From NCBI GenBank assembly GCA_964250775.1, contig CAXUHK010000001.1, positions 1 through 50,478 of the forward strand: DNA of 50,478 bases, given 5' to 3'. Position numbers and translations under genes: made by a program. Below the pieces are notes generated by a model. That model ran no database searches. It was not told the origin of the DNA and was given only the letters and a program-made list of their open reading frames with translations. Shown in pieces: positions 24,159 through 33,759 of the stretch (positions are counted from its first letter, which is position 1; every line of letters starts with the position of its first letter). The DNA is from an uncultured Acetobacteraceae bacterium (lineage in GTDB: Bacteria > Pseudomonadota > Alphaproteobacteria > Acetobacterales > Acetobacteraceae).

Positions 24159-26407
24159 TGCCCGTAGTATCCGAATTGGGACGGCAAATCGACGCGGGTA
24201 TCCGGCGCGCTGCCGCCGGCGGCCGGGCGCGAAAGCTGGCGCGCTGCGTTGGCGTTGGCGCCGTTGGCAATGTCGCGGCTGTTCGTGACGACGACGGGGA
24301 CCGGGGCCGTGCTCGCGGTCGGGCGAGGGGGAGCCGGCGCTTTCAGCGCACCCGTCAGAAAGTCGCGTTTGCCGCTCACCACGCCGCCAATGACATCGAA
24401 CAGGCCGGCTTGGCCGCCTTTGCCATCAGAAATGTTCAATCCCTTGTTGCCGATCAAATCGTCAAAATACGAGATAGCTTTGGCGACGCCCATAATGCTG
24501 ACTGCGAGCGCGGCAAATCCCGCAACCGGCGACGTCAGCAGTGCCATCGCACCAGCGGCGACCGTGCCGAACCCAAACGCAGCGACGCCATAAGCCACGC
24601 CTTCAAGGGCTATGCGTGAACCGTCCGGGTTTTTTTTTGCCCAATCCCCGATTGCGTTTACGTCTTTTGTCAAATAGTCCAACGCCTCCATTGCCGGCTT
24701 CATCGACGGGTTTCCAAGGGAAAGCTGTAACGCCTCGACTGAAGCTGTGAACGTTTTTCCCGCTACTTCCGGGTTGTTCGCAACCTGCGTTCCGTAAGCG
24801 TCGCGTTTTCCTGCCCTATCTACCGCAGCGCGATCTCGAAGGATCAATGGCAGGTTCCGCAACACTTCAACAATGAAATTGCCGCCCGGTATTCGGCTGG
24901 TAATCTGCTGGGCAAGGGCCGCTTCTTGTTGCAGCTTTCCCTTTTCGTCCGCGCCGTTATAAATCGCACCGTAGTTCTGGCGGAGATACGCCTGCATCTT
25001 TGGGCGCAAATCCTGCGTTATGAACTTAACCGGGTCATTGCGAATGTCAGCCAAGTTTCCTTGGTCCATCGCGCCCGGCAGCAGCATGAACTGACCAAGG
25101 CCGGACTTACGGGCCATAGCTGGGTCTTTGCTGACGATGCCCATGTCTTGCAGCAGATGATAGGCTGCTTCCGACATGCGCCCGGCGGAGAACTGCATCC
25201 CAAAGCCCTGCAACCCCTTGCCGGCTCCGGCGCTCCCCATCGACATTTGCAATGCCAGCATATCGGCGAACATCGCTTGGTCGCCAACCATGGCGGCATT
25301 AATGCCGCCCGCCTTCAAGAATTGGTAGAGCTGCGACGGACCGACCTGCCCGTGCGTGACGATCGCCGCCGTCTGCGCCGCCTTGATGAAGCCGGCCAGC
25401 GCCGAGCCGTCGATTTCCTCCTGCCCCGTCTGCTCGTTCAAACGCGACAGCACGCCGCGATACTCGCCGGCCCGTATCGCGCTCATTAGCTCATCGCCGC
25501 CGCCCTTGTGGCCGGTCGCGTCGAGCACGACGCCAAGGCGGGCGAAATCTGGCATCAAGTCGGTCGCGCTTTTGGTGTCCTGCAACACCGTCATCAACTT
25601 CGACACAAGCGCAAGGTTGTCGAGCGCGCCCGTGCCGGGGCTTGCCTTTTGCGTGTCGAACGATGCTTTGACTGCGGCATCCAGGCCCGCGTCGTCGAAC
25701 CCTTGCGTCATCATGCCGGCTTTAGTCGCGCCCATCCGCATGACGGGATCGGCAATCGATTTTAAAAGCTCATAGCCGGCAAACGTGTAGACCGCGCCCT
25801 CGGTAGCGGCACTTTGCATTGAGCCTTGCGAAAACATCGGACCTTGCGGCTGATTGCCGAACGGGCTTGGCCGCGACCCGTTGTTTCCGCCGCCACCGCC
25901 GCCGAACCCGCTAGGCGGGATGTTCAGCGGGATATAGGGATACGGACTGCCAAGAGGCGAACCAAATCCACCACCACTGCCGCCAGGACCAGCCAAAGCG
26001 AGAGTGCCGCCGCTAGGTGCCGGCAGAGCGAACGGAATAGACGGCAGAGCGCGTGGGCCAAACTGCCCGCCGCCCGAAGCCACGGGGCCAACCGGGATCG
26101 CCAGCGGAACCGGCCCGACGCGAGCGGACGGCGAAGCGACCGGCTGCGCGGGATACCGCTGCTCCGCCATGCGTCCGCCAGCCGCAGCCGCTTCCTGCAT
26201 CGCCCGCGCGGTTTTCTGCCACTGCTCCGCGATGCCGGAACTCGCCGTCTTGAACTTCGCCGCCGCGCCGGCCATGCCGTTCAGCGACGCCTGGCATTCT
26301 TTCAACAGGTCGCGCAGCACGCCGAACGTCTCTGACAGGGCTTTCGCTTCCGGGCCGATGTTGCCCGTAAGGGACAGCTTCATGCCAATCGCATAAACTT
26401 CCTGCAT
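24155..26407 (-). CDS. tail tape measure protein
   Basis: It is 750 aa and lies downstream of the chaperone. It is helical and Ala/Gly-rich, with a Gly-rich tract and C-terminal hydrophobic segments. Confidence 0.8.
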   Translation of the reverse strand: MQEVYAIGMKLSLTGNIGPEAKALSETFGVLRDLLKECQASLNGMAGAAAKFKTASSGIAEQWQKTARAMQEAAAAGGRMAEQRYPAQPVASPSARVGPVPLAIPVGPVASGGGQFGPRALPSIPFALPAPSGGTLALAGPGGSGGGFGSPLGSPYPYIPLNIPPSGFGGGGGGNNGSRPSPFGNQPQGPMFSQGSMQSAATEGAVYTFAGYELLKSIADPVMRMGATKAGMMTQGFDDAGLDAAVKASFDTQKASPGTGALDNLALVSKLMTVLQDTKSATDLMPDFARLGVVLDATGHKGGGDELMSAIRAGEYRGVLSRLNEQTGQEEIDGSALAGFIKAAQTAAIVTHGQVGPSQLYQFLKAGGINAAMVGDQAMFADMLALQMSMGSAGAGKGLQGFGMQFSAGRMSEAAYHLLQDMGIVSKDPAMARKSGLGQFMLLPGAMDQGNLADIRNDPVKFITQDLRPKMQAYLRQNYGAIYNGADEKGKLQQEAALAQQITSRIPGGNFIVEVLRNLPLILRDRAAVDRAGKRDAYGTQVANNPEVAGKTFTASVEALQLSLGNPSMKPAMEALDYLTKDVNAIGDWAKKNPDGSRIALEGVAYGVAAFGFGTVAAGAMALLTSPVAGFAALAVSIMGVAKAISYFDDLIGNKGLNISDGKGGQAGLFDVIGGVVSGKRDFLTGALKAPAPPRPTASTAPVPVVVTNSRDIANGANANAARQLSRPAAGGSAPDTRVDLPSQFGYYGQ

Positions 26408-26946
26408 TACCTGTTCCCCACAGGCTTACCGGAAATGGCTGCCTCGATTGCGTGCCCCACGATGTCTCGCACCACGGGAGCCATGTGGTAGCCAGCGCCA
26501 CCAATAAACGAGCGTGGGGGCACGCGGGCGTCGCCAAGCTCCTGCACCGCGGCGACCATGCCGATGTCAACCGCCTTGCCGGTGGCCGGATCGTCGACCA
26601 TGGCGTGCTTCACGCCGATGACCGCCTCGTGCTCGAAGCCCTTTGTCAAGACGGTGTATTCGATGGCGTCCCGAAGCGCGCCGCTCCGCAGCAACGGATC
26701 GTTCTCGCTGTAGCCTTGCGCGACGCGCTGTTCCTTAGTGGCTTCGGCAAGTTCAGCCCACGCGGCGAACGGTCCCTCGGCTTCCTGATACGTGCCGATG
26801 CGGTGCTGGGCTTCCTTCACAATCCGGCGCGAACCGCGTTCCAGCGCCAACTTTCCGGCCGCCTTCACCGCAAGTGGCATCCGGTCGAGAATGCCAATGA
26901 ACTCATCGAGGGAGATTTCTACTGCCGCCAAGACATCGCCCCCCAA
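26407..26946 (-). CDS. HK97 gp10 / Mu G-like virion morphogenesis (tail completion) family protein
   Basis: Supporting segments are VEISLDEFIGILDRMP... and DPLLRSGALRDAIEYTV. It has an alternative (TTG) start. Its place between the chaperone and the tape measure is unusual. Confidence 0.45.
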   Translation of the reverse strand: MGGDVLAAVEISLDEFIGILDRMPLAVKAAGKLALERGSRRIVKEAQHRIGTYQEAEGPFAAWAELAEATKEQRVAQGYSENDPLLRSGALRDAIEYTVLTKGFEHEAVIGVKHAMVDDPATGKAVDIGMVAAVQELGDARVPPRSFIGGAGYHMAPVVRDIVGHAIEAAISGKPVGNR

Positions 26947-27092
26947 TCAAAGGTTTGCCCGTCCAATTCGCCGTGCGCAATCAGCCACGCCACCCGACGC
27001 ACGCGAGACATCGCCATCGCCTCTGGATACGACACCCCGCACTTCACGAGTTGGACGACCTCGCGCAACACGGGATGTCTACTCAGTTTTTT
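26919..27092 (-). CDS. -1 frame extension of the tail assembly chaperone (gpGT / E+E' type)
   Basis: The ORF is open in the -1 frame from the slippery site. It reads KKLSRHPVLREVVQLVKCGVSYPEAMAMSRVRRVAWLIAHGELDGQTFDWGAMSWRQ*. It has no start codon of its own in good context. Confidence 0.6.
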   Translation of the reverse strand, partial: KKLSRHPVLREVVQLVKCGVSYPEAMAMSRVRRVAWLIAHGELDGQTFDWGAMSWRQ

Positions 27093-27409
27093 GCGGCGTC
27101 CGCTTCCGCGTTCTCGGCGGGCGCAGCTTCTGGCGTCTCCGGGAACAGCACGCCCCGCACGGCGGCAAGGCCCGCGTTGCCGAGCTTCATGCCCAGCGCC
27201 TTGACCTGGGGCTTGCTGGTGGGCATTAGGACCGGCACGCCGTCAATGGTGCGAACGCTGGCAACCGTCATCGCGAGTTGCATCCACGCGGGATTGCGCG
27301 CCGTGTCTCCAGCCGCTTCGAGCAAATCGAACAGATCGCCAACGCCGATCGACTGAATGACCAGCTCGCGTCCGTCCGCGTCCTTTACCGTCGTCTGCGG
27401 ATCGGCCAT
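27083..27409 (-). CDS. tail assembly chaperone (gpG / P2 E-like)
   Basis: It is 108 aa and lies directly after the tube gene (TGATG overlap). It has an acidic C-terminus. Confidence 0.65.
   Translation of the reverse strand: MADPQTTVKDADGRELVIQSIGVGDLFDLLEAAGDTARNPAWMQLAMTVASVRTIDGVPVLMPTSKPQVKALGMKLGNAGLAAVRGVLFPETPEAAPAENAEADAAKN
27086..27092 (-). promoter_or_regulatory. slippery heptamer A_AAA_AAC for a programmed -1 frameshift
   Basis: The zero frame reads gcA AAA AAC TGA. This is the X_XXY_YYZ pattern in the last codons of the chaperone gene. Confidence 0.6.
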
Positions 27410-27858
27410 CAGATTTGCTTTCGGCCGGACGCAGAACCTTCGACCTTCTGCATAACCTTCTTGTCGCCTTCCCAGCGGCCGGCATCGGTGATCTTGATAG
27501 CGACATCGGCATATACAAAGGTCGTGACCGCGCCGCTCGGTTCCGTCACATACTGATACATCGTGCCGAACTGCATGATCCCGCTGGTATACCAGCCGTT
27601 GTCAATGCCGGATTGCAGCGTGTCGAGGCCTGGGTTGCCACGATCCACGTCGAAGGAGAACGACCAGTTGCGCGGCAAGTGGGCCTCAAGCGTCTTGCCC
27701 GTTAGCAAAGTGCTGGTTACGGTCGTATAAGCTGGCTTGGCATCGAACGCGGTGCAGTTCGAGAGGTCCACCCGGCCGCCGGGGGCGTTAGGATGCACCA
27801 AAACGACCGTGACATCACGACCAAACGAGAAACCGCCAAAGGTCGGCGTGGTGGGCAT
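27409..27858 (-). CDS. tail tube protein
   Basis: It is 149 aa and lies immediately downstream of the sheath gene. Confidence 0.7.
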   Translation of the reverse strand: MPTTPTFGGFSFGRDVTVVLVHPNAPGGRVDLSNCTAFDAKPAYTTVTSTLLTGKTLEAHLPRNWSFSFDVDRGNPGLDTLQSGIDNGWYTSGIMQFGTMYQYVTEPSGAVTTFVYADVAIKITDAGRWEGDKKVMQKVEGSASGRKQI

Positions 27859-27876
27859 TTCAGGCGTCCTTCTCGG

Positions 27877-29460
27877 TTACTGGCTGACTTGGCCGGTCAA
27901 GGCGTTCTGGCGAGCAACGGTCACAGTCTGGCCGCCTTCGAGGTTCACAATGAACTTTTCGTTGATCGCCTGATAGCGGACTTGGACATCCGCCTGGACG
28001 TAACCAAGGCCCGTGCGGATCGGCGGGTTGTTGGAAAGGTCGCACACGACGCTGAACGGCGGTGTTCCGTCCGTGCTGCCGAGTTGGCCTTGGTTCAGCA
28101 TTCCCTGGAGAAACGATAGCAAGGTCGAGCGGATGTTGAAGAACAGCGCGGTGTTGATAACCTGCCCGACGAACTGCCCCATGCCGGCCGCCAGCGTGGC
28201 CGCGATGTAGTTCGTCATCCGGGTGTAGTTGTCGCCCTGCGCGCTGGCGTTGCTGCTGGCGTTGTGGCCGGCGCGCACGGTCCAGATGTTCAGGTTGCCA
28301 GCGCCGGGATTGGCGATCACGTCGATGCCGGCCTGAATAAGCGTTTGCAGGTCCGCGCTCGAATAGGCAAGCGCCTGGCCGCTGCCCGGAAGGCCGGATT
28401 TCTGCGAACCGACCACGCTATACAGCGGCTTGTTTAGGGTGGAACGCTCCGGCGACAGGTTCGCGAGACGCCCGGCCACAAAGCCTTGCGGCGACACGAG
28501 ACGAACCTGCTTCGTGGTCGGATCGGTCCACCAAATCCAGTCGCCGAACATCAGTTTTGAGGCGTAGCTGTCCAAGCCCGCCGTCTGCTTGGTGGACACG
28601 GCGTTCGCGATGTTGTCGCTGATTGGGCCGGTTTGCACCATGTAAATGCCTTCGGAAAGCCCGAAAGCGTCGATGGTGGTCCATTGCGTGCTGTCGTCGC
28701 AGTCGGACAGCAGCGCCACCGCACAACCCCGCCCGCGCAGCGCATACATGCCCTGGCGAGGCAGCACGTCGCTGCCGATCAAGCCCGCGGCAACGACATT
28801 GGCGGAACCATCAGTGCCGCCAGCAAAGGCCAGCCTAACAGGGGCCGGAGCAATGTTGGCCTGCGCGCCGCCTTGCGGTTGCGCGAACACAATTTGCGAA
28901 GGGCCGCGAGCACCATTTCCAGAATTTATGGCGTTCGCAATAGCGATCCATGCGGCCGAAGGAGTTGCGCCTGACAGGTTGTCAAACACTTCGGGCTGCA
29001 TTCCTGGCAACGCGATGACAATGCGCCAAGTTCCGTTCTTCGATCCCTGGCTTATCGTCGCGACGATGTTATTGCCAACCGACCCCGTATAGCGTGCGTA
29101 AAGCACCAATGAATTAAGGCTGCCCGACGGATTGATACCAATAACCGCAGCCGTATCGGTTCCGTCTGTCACGCGCACCCAGTTGAAAGCATTCGCGCCT
29201 TGCTGAACGGCTGTGAAAACGTGCGTGCCCATGTCAAACTTCCGCACTTGCGGCAGGCCAAACGCGGTCACGTAATCGGTGACATTCGAGCCAAGCACGG
29301 GAACTCCGACCGGACCCCAGCTCGCAGTTCCGACCACGCCAACGACATTGCTGGGCACACCGTTGATTAGGATGTTCTGCGGCGGGACAATTTGCACATA
29401 CAGGTCAGGAACGACCAAAGCAGTTGTGTTGATGGCACCCTGTTGGGTAATTTGCGCCAT
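27877..29460 (-). CDS. contractile tail sheath protein
   Basis: It is 527 aa. The N-terminus MAQITQQGAINTTALVVPDLYVQIVPP is typical of sheath proteins. Confidence 0.8.
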   Translation of the reverse strand: MAQITQQGAINTTALVVPDLYVQIVPPQNILINGVPSNVVGVVGTASWGPVGVPVLGSNVTDYVTAFGLPQVRKFDMGTHVFTAVQQGANAFNWVRVTDGTDTAAVIGINPSGSLNSLVLYARYTGSVGNNIVATISQGSKNGTWRIVIALPGMQPEVFDNLSGATPSAAWIAIANAINSGNGARGPSQIVFAQPQGGAQANIAPAPVRLAFAGGTDGSANVVAAGLIGSDVLPRQGMYALRGRGCAVALLSDCDDSTQWTTIDAFGLSEGIYMVQTGPISDNIANAVSTKQTAGLDSYASKLMFGDWIWWTDPTTKQVRLVSPQGFVAGRLANLSPERSTLNKPLYSVVGSQKSGLPGSGQALAYSSADLQTLIQAGIDVIANPGAGNLNIWTVRAGHNASSNASAQGDNYTRMTNYIAATLAAGMGQFVGQVINTALFFNIRSTLLSFLQGMLNQGQLGSTDGTPPFSVVCDLSNNPPIRTGLGYVQADVQVRYQAINEKFIVNLEGGQTVTVARQNALTGQVSQ

Positions 29461-29463
29461 GGT

Positions 29464-29622
29464 TTACTGCTCCTGCGGAAAAGTTGGGGCAAGGATGCGA
29501 ATGATCGGCCAGCCGGCGGCCAATGCCCCGGCAATCTCTTTGGCGTCGGTCAAAACGTCGCCGACGCCGCGCCCTGCTACCGGAGCGGTAATGACGTAGT
29601 GATAGGCCGGCGCGTCGCTCAT
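29464..29622 (-). CDS. 52-aa hypothetical protein
   Basis: My own translation is MSDAPAYHYVITAPVAGRGVGDVLTDAKEIAGALAAGWPIIRILAPTFPQEQ. It fills the gap between two structural genes and is below the track cutoff. Confidence 0.35.
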   Translation of the reverse strand: MSDAPAYHYVITAPVAGRGVGDVLTDAKEIAGALAAGWPIIRILAPTFPQEQ

Positions 29623-29631
29623 TCTGCTTTC

Positions 29632-30552
29632 CTATTGGACCGAAACAATCGGAGTGCCCGACCCGTCCGTAAGCGTGGTTCCATCTTCCCCGGCAAAGAC
29701 CACAGCCGCCGGGAGGCTCGCGCCGAAGCCAACACCGTTGGCCGTGAGGCCACCAAACAGCATCGAAGGCAGCATTTCCACTAAGGTTGTGGCGTATTCG
29801 ACCGAGTAGCGAAGGTCGCGCCGCCATAGGCTCGCTACCTCGGGATAGTCGTTCGAAATCGAGCCGCCATAACGAACCATGGCGATCTCGCCGCCGGCCG
29901 TGGAAAGCCGCACAGAGCCCGCCAGCGCCGCGTCGATAATGGAGGCGATGGCGTCGCGAATTGGTGGATCGGGTGCCCAAATCGACACCATGAACGACTG
30001 CTCTTGCCGGCGAACCTCGCGCCCCATCTCGACATCAGCCACGACGTTTGCGCCAACCCGTGTGCTAGGCAGCAAAGTCAGCACCGCCCCGGCCGCGCTG
30101 GTATTCGGGATAGTGGCCGCAAACTGTGCCGCAACAGTCGCTGGTGTGTCGGTCGAAAGCAGGCGGTAAGCGTATCCCTCGGACGCCAGGTTGCCCGATC
30201 CGTTTGGGATCAGCAACCCCGCGACCTGTCCCGCGCCGCCGGTCCCGCCGAACGTGACCACGTTTGCCGTCGCGTTCGCGGTCAGAGTGGGGGCGGGCGC
30301 AGACACCACGCCATAGCCTTGCAAAAGCGGTTGCAGGGCGCGAAAGCGGGCTTCCGGGAACACGCTCACATGCACCTTACCCAAAGCCAGGTCGGCATTC
30401 AGGTAGTCCCGCTCCGGCCAGCCGACATACAACGTCAGGCTTGCGCCAGTCGGGCCTGGCTGGTAGTCGCCGCTGGCGTAATCAATGTTCGGAAACAGGA
30501 CTTGGGCGATGCGCGCGACCAAAGCGAACGAAATGTCGGATACGTCCGCCAT
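29632..30552 (-). CDS. head-tail joining/structural protein, family unassigned
   Basis: The ATG at 30552 forms an ATGA overlap with the upstream stop. It is 306 aa. The long N-terminal extension in the track is rejected. Confidence 0.5.
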   Translation of the reverse strand: MADVSDISFALVARIAQVLFPNIDYASGDYQPGPTGASLTLYVGWPERDYLNADLALGKVHVSVFPEARFRALQPLLQGYGVVSAPAPTLTANATANVVTFGGTGGAGQVAGLLIPNGSGNLASEGYAYRLLSTDTPATVAAQFAATIPNTSAAGAVLTLLPSTRVGANVVADVEMGREVRRQEQSFMVSIWAPDPPIRDAIASIIDAALAGSVRLSTAGGEIAMVRYGGSISNDYPEVASLWRRDLRYSVEYATTLVEMLPSMLFGGLTANGVGFGASLPAAVVFAGEDGTTLTDGSGTPIVSVQ

Positions 30553-31208
30553 CAGGTGCTCGCCGCGCGGACGTGAAGACGCCATCCAAGCTGAGTATTC
30601 TCGACAACTGACACGACGTAGCGGTTGGGGATTTCCTCCCCGTCCGTCACGATGTCGCTCGGCGTTGGGTCGATCGGCAGCGATGCAGGAAGGTAGATCA
30701 TAAGCCAGCCCTGCCGGCTGTCGCCTGGCAGCTTGGCTTCTCCTGTTTCGCCCTTGGGCGACATCACGACTGCCGCCGGCCAGCCCGCCGCAATCGGCTG
30801 CATGGTGCTCGCCGCGCCGCCGCCGTAATAGGTGGGTCCCGGCGTCTGCCGCCCCGGCCGCGTAATCGTCACGACTTGGTTGCAACCGATACATAGCGGC
30901 GCGTGAAGCGGTTCGATACTGGCGATAAAGAACATGCCGAGGCGCGGCTCGGAAAGGTAATCCCCGACCTTCGCCAGCGTCGCGTCGAACAGGCCATACC
31001 ACAGCGGGTTGCCGAATTTCGAAGGCGCGGAAAACTTGAAATCCGACTTGCTGTCGAACGCAGCCATCAAGGTGCCGCGCGAGTTGGCCGGCGCGATCGG
31101 GTTGCCGGAACCGGACGGGCGATACCACGGACAGGCCGCGCCAAGGTTCTTGGCGGCAATTCCGTAGCCGCGCCAGACGTGCGCCTGGACGGCCGCTTGC
31201 GTTGTCAC
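30552..31208 (-). CDS. head-tail structural protein, family unassigned
   Basis: The GTG at 31208 forms a GTGA overlap. It is 218 aa. Confidence 0.45.
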   Translation of the reverse strand: MTTQAAVQAHVWRGYGIAAKNLGAACPWYRPSGSGNPIAPANSRGTLMAAFDSKSDFKFSAPSKFGNPLWYGLFDATLAKVGDYLSEPRLGMFFIASIEPLHAPLCIGCNQVVTITRPGRQTPGPTYYGGGAASTMQPIAAGWPAAVVMSPKGETGEAKLPGDSRQGWLMIYLPASLPIDPTPSDIVTDGEEIPNRYVVSVVENTQLGWRLHVRAAST

Positions 31209-31600
31209 GAGCGCAAAAGCTGGTTGCCGGTCTGCGCCAAGCCTGAACCGGGAGGGAAGCCAAGGAAGCGGCAAAGCTCAAGCCGCAAGGCGGTGTAGAG
31301 TGCCCGGCGCTCCTTGATCTCGTCTTTGTTGTGCGTCCAAACTGCCGCAGATGCGGTATCAAGGTTGGACCCGGCGGCCTGGATTTCCGCTTCCCGCAAC
31401 GGCAGGTGGACAAGAAAGAACCCGGTCAGTTTGGCTTCTTCCACGTCGCTCAGGTCGGCCAGCCGATAGTCTAGCGACAAGCCCATATAGCTGACATCGG
31501 AATAAGCCAGTTCGCGAAACGGGGACGCCATGGCGTTGCCCGCGACGCTGTAGCCGCAGTAATAGCGCACGTCTGCGAGCTGCTGGTCGGTAAGCGCCAT
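31205..31600 (-). CDS. head-associated (connector/decoration-position) protein, family unassigned
   Basis: It has an ATG start and is the first gene after the capsid gene. It is 131 aa. Confidence 0.45.
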   Translation of the reverse strand: MALTDQQLADVRYYCGYSVAGNAMASPFRELAYSDVSYMGLSLDYRLADLSDVEEAKLTGFFLVHLPLREAEIQAAGSNLDTASAAVWTHNKDEIKERRALYTALRLELCRFLGFPPGSGLAQTGNQLLRS

Positions 31601-31661
31601 AAAAGGTGCCCCAAGTGGCGGCGCGGGAAAGTATTCGCCCGCGCCGCCAGCTTTCAGGAAA

Positions 31662-32888
31662 TCAGCCGATCAGGGTCGCGATGTGGGCCTGCTTGATTGC
31701 GGCAACGCCCCAAGCAACTGCAACGTGGTAAACCATTTGACGGAACTGGCGATACAGCACGATTTCGAAAGTAATGCCCGAAACCGGATCGGTCACAAGC
31801 ATCATGTCATCGGCCAAATCCTGCGAACGTCCATCCGGACCCATCGGCATTGCCGGGACGCGGGTGATGAGCTGCATGGCGGAACGCGAAAAGCCGATGT
31901 TCGGAACGTAGCTGGCAGGCGAACTCACCGCCTTGCCGGTCGGAACGGAAGTGCGCAAGCCGGGGTAGCCCACCGAAAGCACGCCCGGAGCGGTGATGCC
32001 GGCGTTGACCACATAGTTGTTCGGGTCGCCTGCAAACGTAACCACGTCGCCGGGGTTCACGTTGCCAGTGCCGGATGCCAAAGTCACGCCAGTAGCGCCA
32101 AACGCGGACGCGCCAGAAGTCAAGTAGCCGTTGCCGCTGCCGGCCGCAACCGCAGTAACGCTGTTGCTGTTGTGCAGCGCGAAGCCTTCCAGCGGCACGT
32201 CGCTGATAGAGCCGCCGCGCAGCAAAGCCGCCGAACCGGACTCGTTGACCTTTAGCAGAATGGTCTGGACGCCGCGCAGGTTGGCGACGGCGGACGAACC
32301 GAGCACGAGCTGGAGGTCGGTCTGCGGAGCGCCGTTGTCGTCGAGCAGCTTGCGGAGCTGCGCCACGTCCGACAGGTTGCCGGCGACGCCGAACGGCGTG
32401 GTCCCGGCGGTGCCGGTGGCGCGCGACGCGCCCTGATAAGCCGCCGTGAACAGGTCGGTCTCAATCAGGTTAACCAGCGTGCGGAACGCCTGGGCAAACT
32501 GGTTGACCAAGATGCCGTTGAAGGTGCCGGCATTGACCAGCCCGCGCTGCTGCTCGCCGTTCCACCGGATCGGGACGTGCTTGCTCTTGCTGATCGTCAT
32601 GGGCACGCTGTTGATCGTCTGGTCGCCAGTGTCCGGCGAGGTCACGGCCGGAGTGTTGTCGGCGGCCGTCTGCGCGGTCGTGACGGGGACCAAAATAGTC
32701 TGATTCAACGCCGCACGCTCAGCAGCGGTGTCTCGGGACACGGCAGGGATAAAGCCCACCATCTCGCGCGAAACGACGTCCAACGCCTCATAGATCGTTG
32801 GAATAAGGCCAGTAATGGTGGAAGCCACCTGAAACGCTCCTGATTGAGGGTTGAAGTCGAGCCGAAGGCCATCCGGCCCGAACGCCAA
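31662..32888 (-). CDS. major capsid protein, P22 coat (gp5)-like
   Basis: It is 408 aa and sits after the scaffold gene. The supporting pattern is ...IPTIYEALDVVSREMVGFIPAVSRD...KHVPIRWNGEQQ. It has a TTG start. Confidence 0.7.
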   Translation of the reverse strand: MAFGPDGLRLDFNPQSGAFQVASTITGLIPTIYEALDVVSREMVGFIPAVSRDTAAERAALNQTILVPVTTAQTAADNTPAVTSPDTGDQTINSVPMTISKSKHVPIRWNGEQQRGLVNAGTFNGILVNQFAQAFRTLVNLIETDLFTAAYQGASRATGTAGTTPFGVAGNLSDVAQLRKLLDDNGAPQTDLQLVLGSSAVANLRGVQTILLKVNESGSAALLRGGSISDVPLEGFALHNSNSVTAVAAGSGNGYLTSGASAFGATGVTLASGTGNVNPGDVVTFAGDPNNYVVNAGITAPGVLSVGYPGLRTSVPTGKAVSSPASYVPNIGFSRSAMQLITRVPAMPMGPDGRSQDLADDMMLVTDPVSGITFEIVLYRQFRQMVYHVAVAWGVAAIKQAHIATLIG

Positions 32889-32915
32889 CCCCCATCCGGG
32901 AGCATTCCGTCAGTC

Positions 32916-33668
32916 TCAGTCGATCAGGGTTGCTTCCTTGACCGCCGAAACCTTCTCCGCTGGAGACAACGCATCGAACTGCGCCCGCGTCACCGTCCGC
33001 TTGCCGCCGCTACCGGCGGCGCCAGAACTTGCCCCGCCGCCAGATGCGCCGGTTCCACGCATAATAGTGTCGCGATGGCTGTATCCGTCCACTAGCGTTT
33101 CAATCGCCTCATCAAAGTTCGCCAGCTCGCCGGGACGCGCCCGGCTGTAGATGCGGTTTCCGCTCTGGTCCTTGGCAACGACCTTGCCTTCCTCGATCGA
33201 AAACGCGCCGCCGAACCGTGCTTCCGCCAGGTCAGGCGGAATGGTCAGCTTCTCCGAAATGAACTTAGACCGATTAAAGCTGCCGCCGATAATCTCCTTG
33301 AACAGCGACACCTTCAAGCCGTCCCGTTCCTTGACCACGGGAGAATACTTGTCCTCGACCGCCTTGATGGCTTCCAACTTAATGCGGTCCACTTCGCCAG
33401 CGTCGATCAGCTTTTTGTCGTCGAGGTTCTTCACAGTCGAGAGCGCCTTGCGCGCCGCCGCTGCATCCTCGATGCCTTCGAATGCCTTCAGACGCCCTTC
33501 CGCGCCCTCTGCGCGCTCGCGATGGCCCTTGGCTTCGGCGTTCAGCCGGCCGATGGTCGCCAGCGTGGCCGAATAGTCGAACACGACCTCCTTGCCGTCG
33601 TCCGCGACGTAAACAGGCTTGCCATCCACGACGGACACGCCGCCCTTGTCGTCCAGTTTCAGTTTCAT
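32916..33668 (-). CDS. scaffolding protein
   Basis: It is 250 aa, charged and helical, with a Gly/Ser-rich tail. It lies between the portal and capsid genes. Confidence 0.6.
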   Translation of the reverse strand: MKLKLDDKGGVSVVDGKPVYVADDGKEVVFDYSATLATIGRLNAEAKGHRERAEGAEGRLKAFEGIEDAAAARKALSTVKNLDDKKLIDAGEVDRIKLEAIKAVEDKYSPVVKERDGLKVSLFKEIIGGSFNRSKFISEKLTIPPDLAEARFGGAFSIEEGKVVAKDQSGNRIYSRARPGELANFDEAIETLVDGYSHRDTIMRGTGASGGGASSGAAGSGGKRTVTRAQFDALSPAEKVSAVKEATLID

Positions 33669-33759
33669 CGGTCAGTCTCCCATTGGGCCATCTAGCCCGG
33701 TTGGCGGGGCCGTCCGGCCCCAGTTGCGCGAATGCGGCACCTGCCGCCCAAGCAAACCG

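Noticed and set aside
23164-24270. 368-aa minus-strand ORF
   Set aside because: Only the last 60 aa (tail X-like, from the GTG at 23346) are plausible. The rest overlaps the 23343..24158 gene in another frame and is Arg/Gly-rich.
29632-31413. 593-aa minus-strand ORF
   Set aside because: The upstream half overlaps 30552..31208 and 31205..31600 out of frame and is Arg-rich. The coupled ATG at 30552 gives a sensible 306-aa protein.
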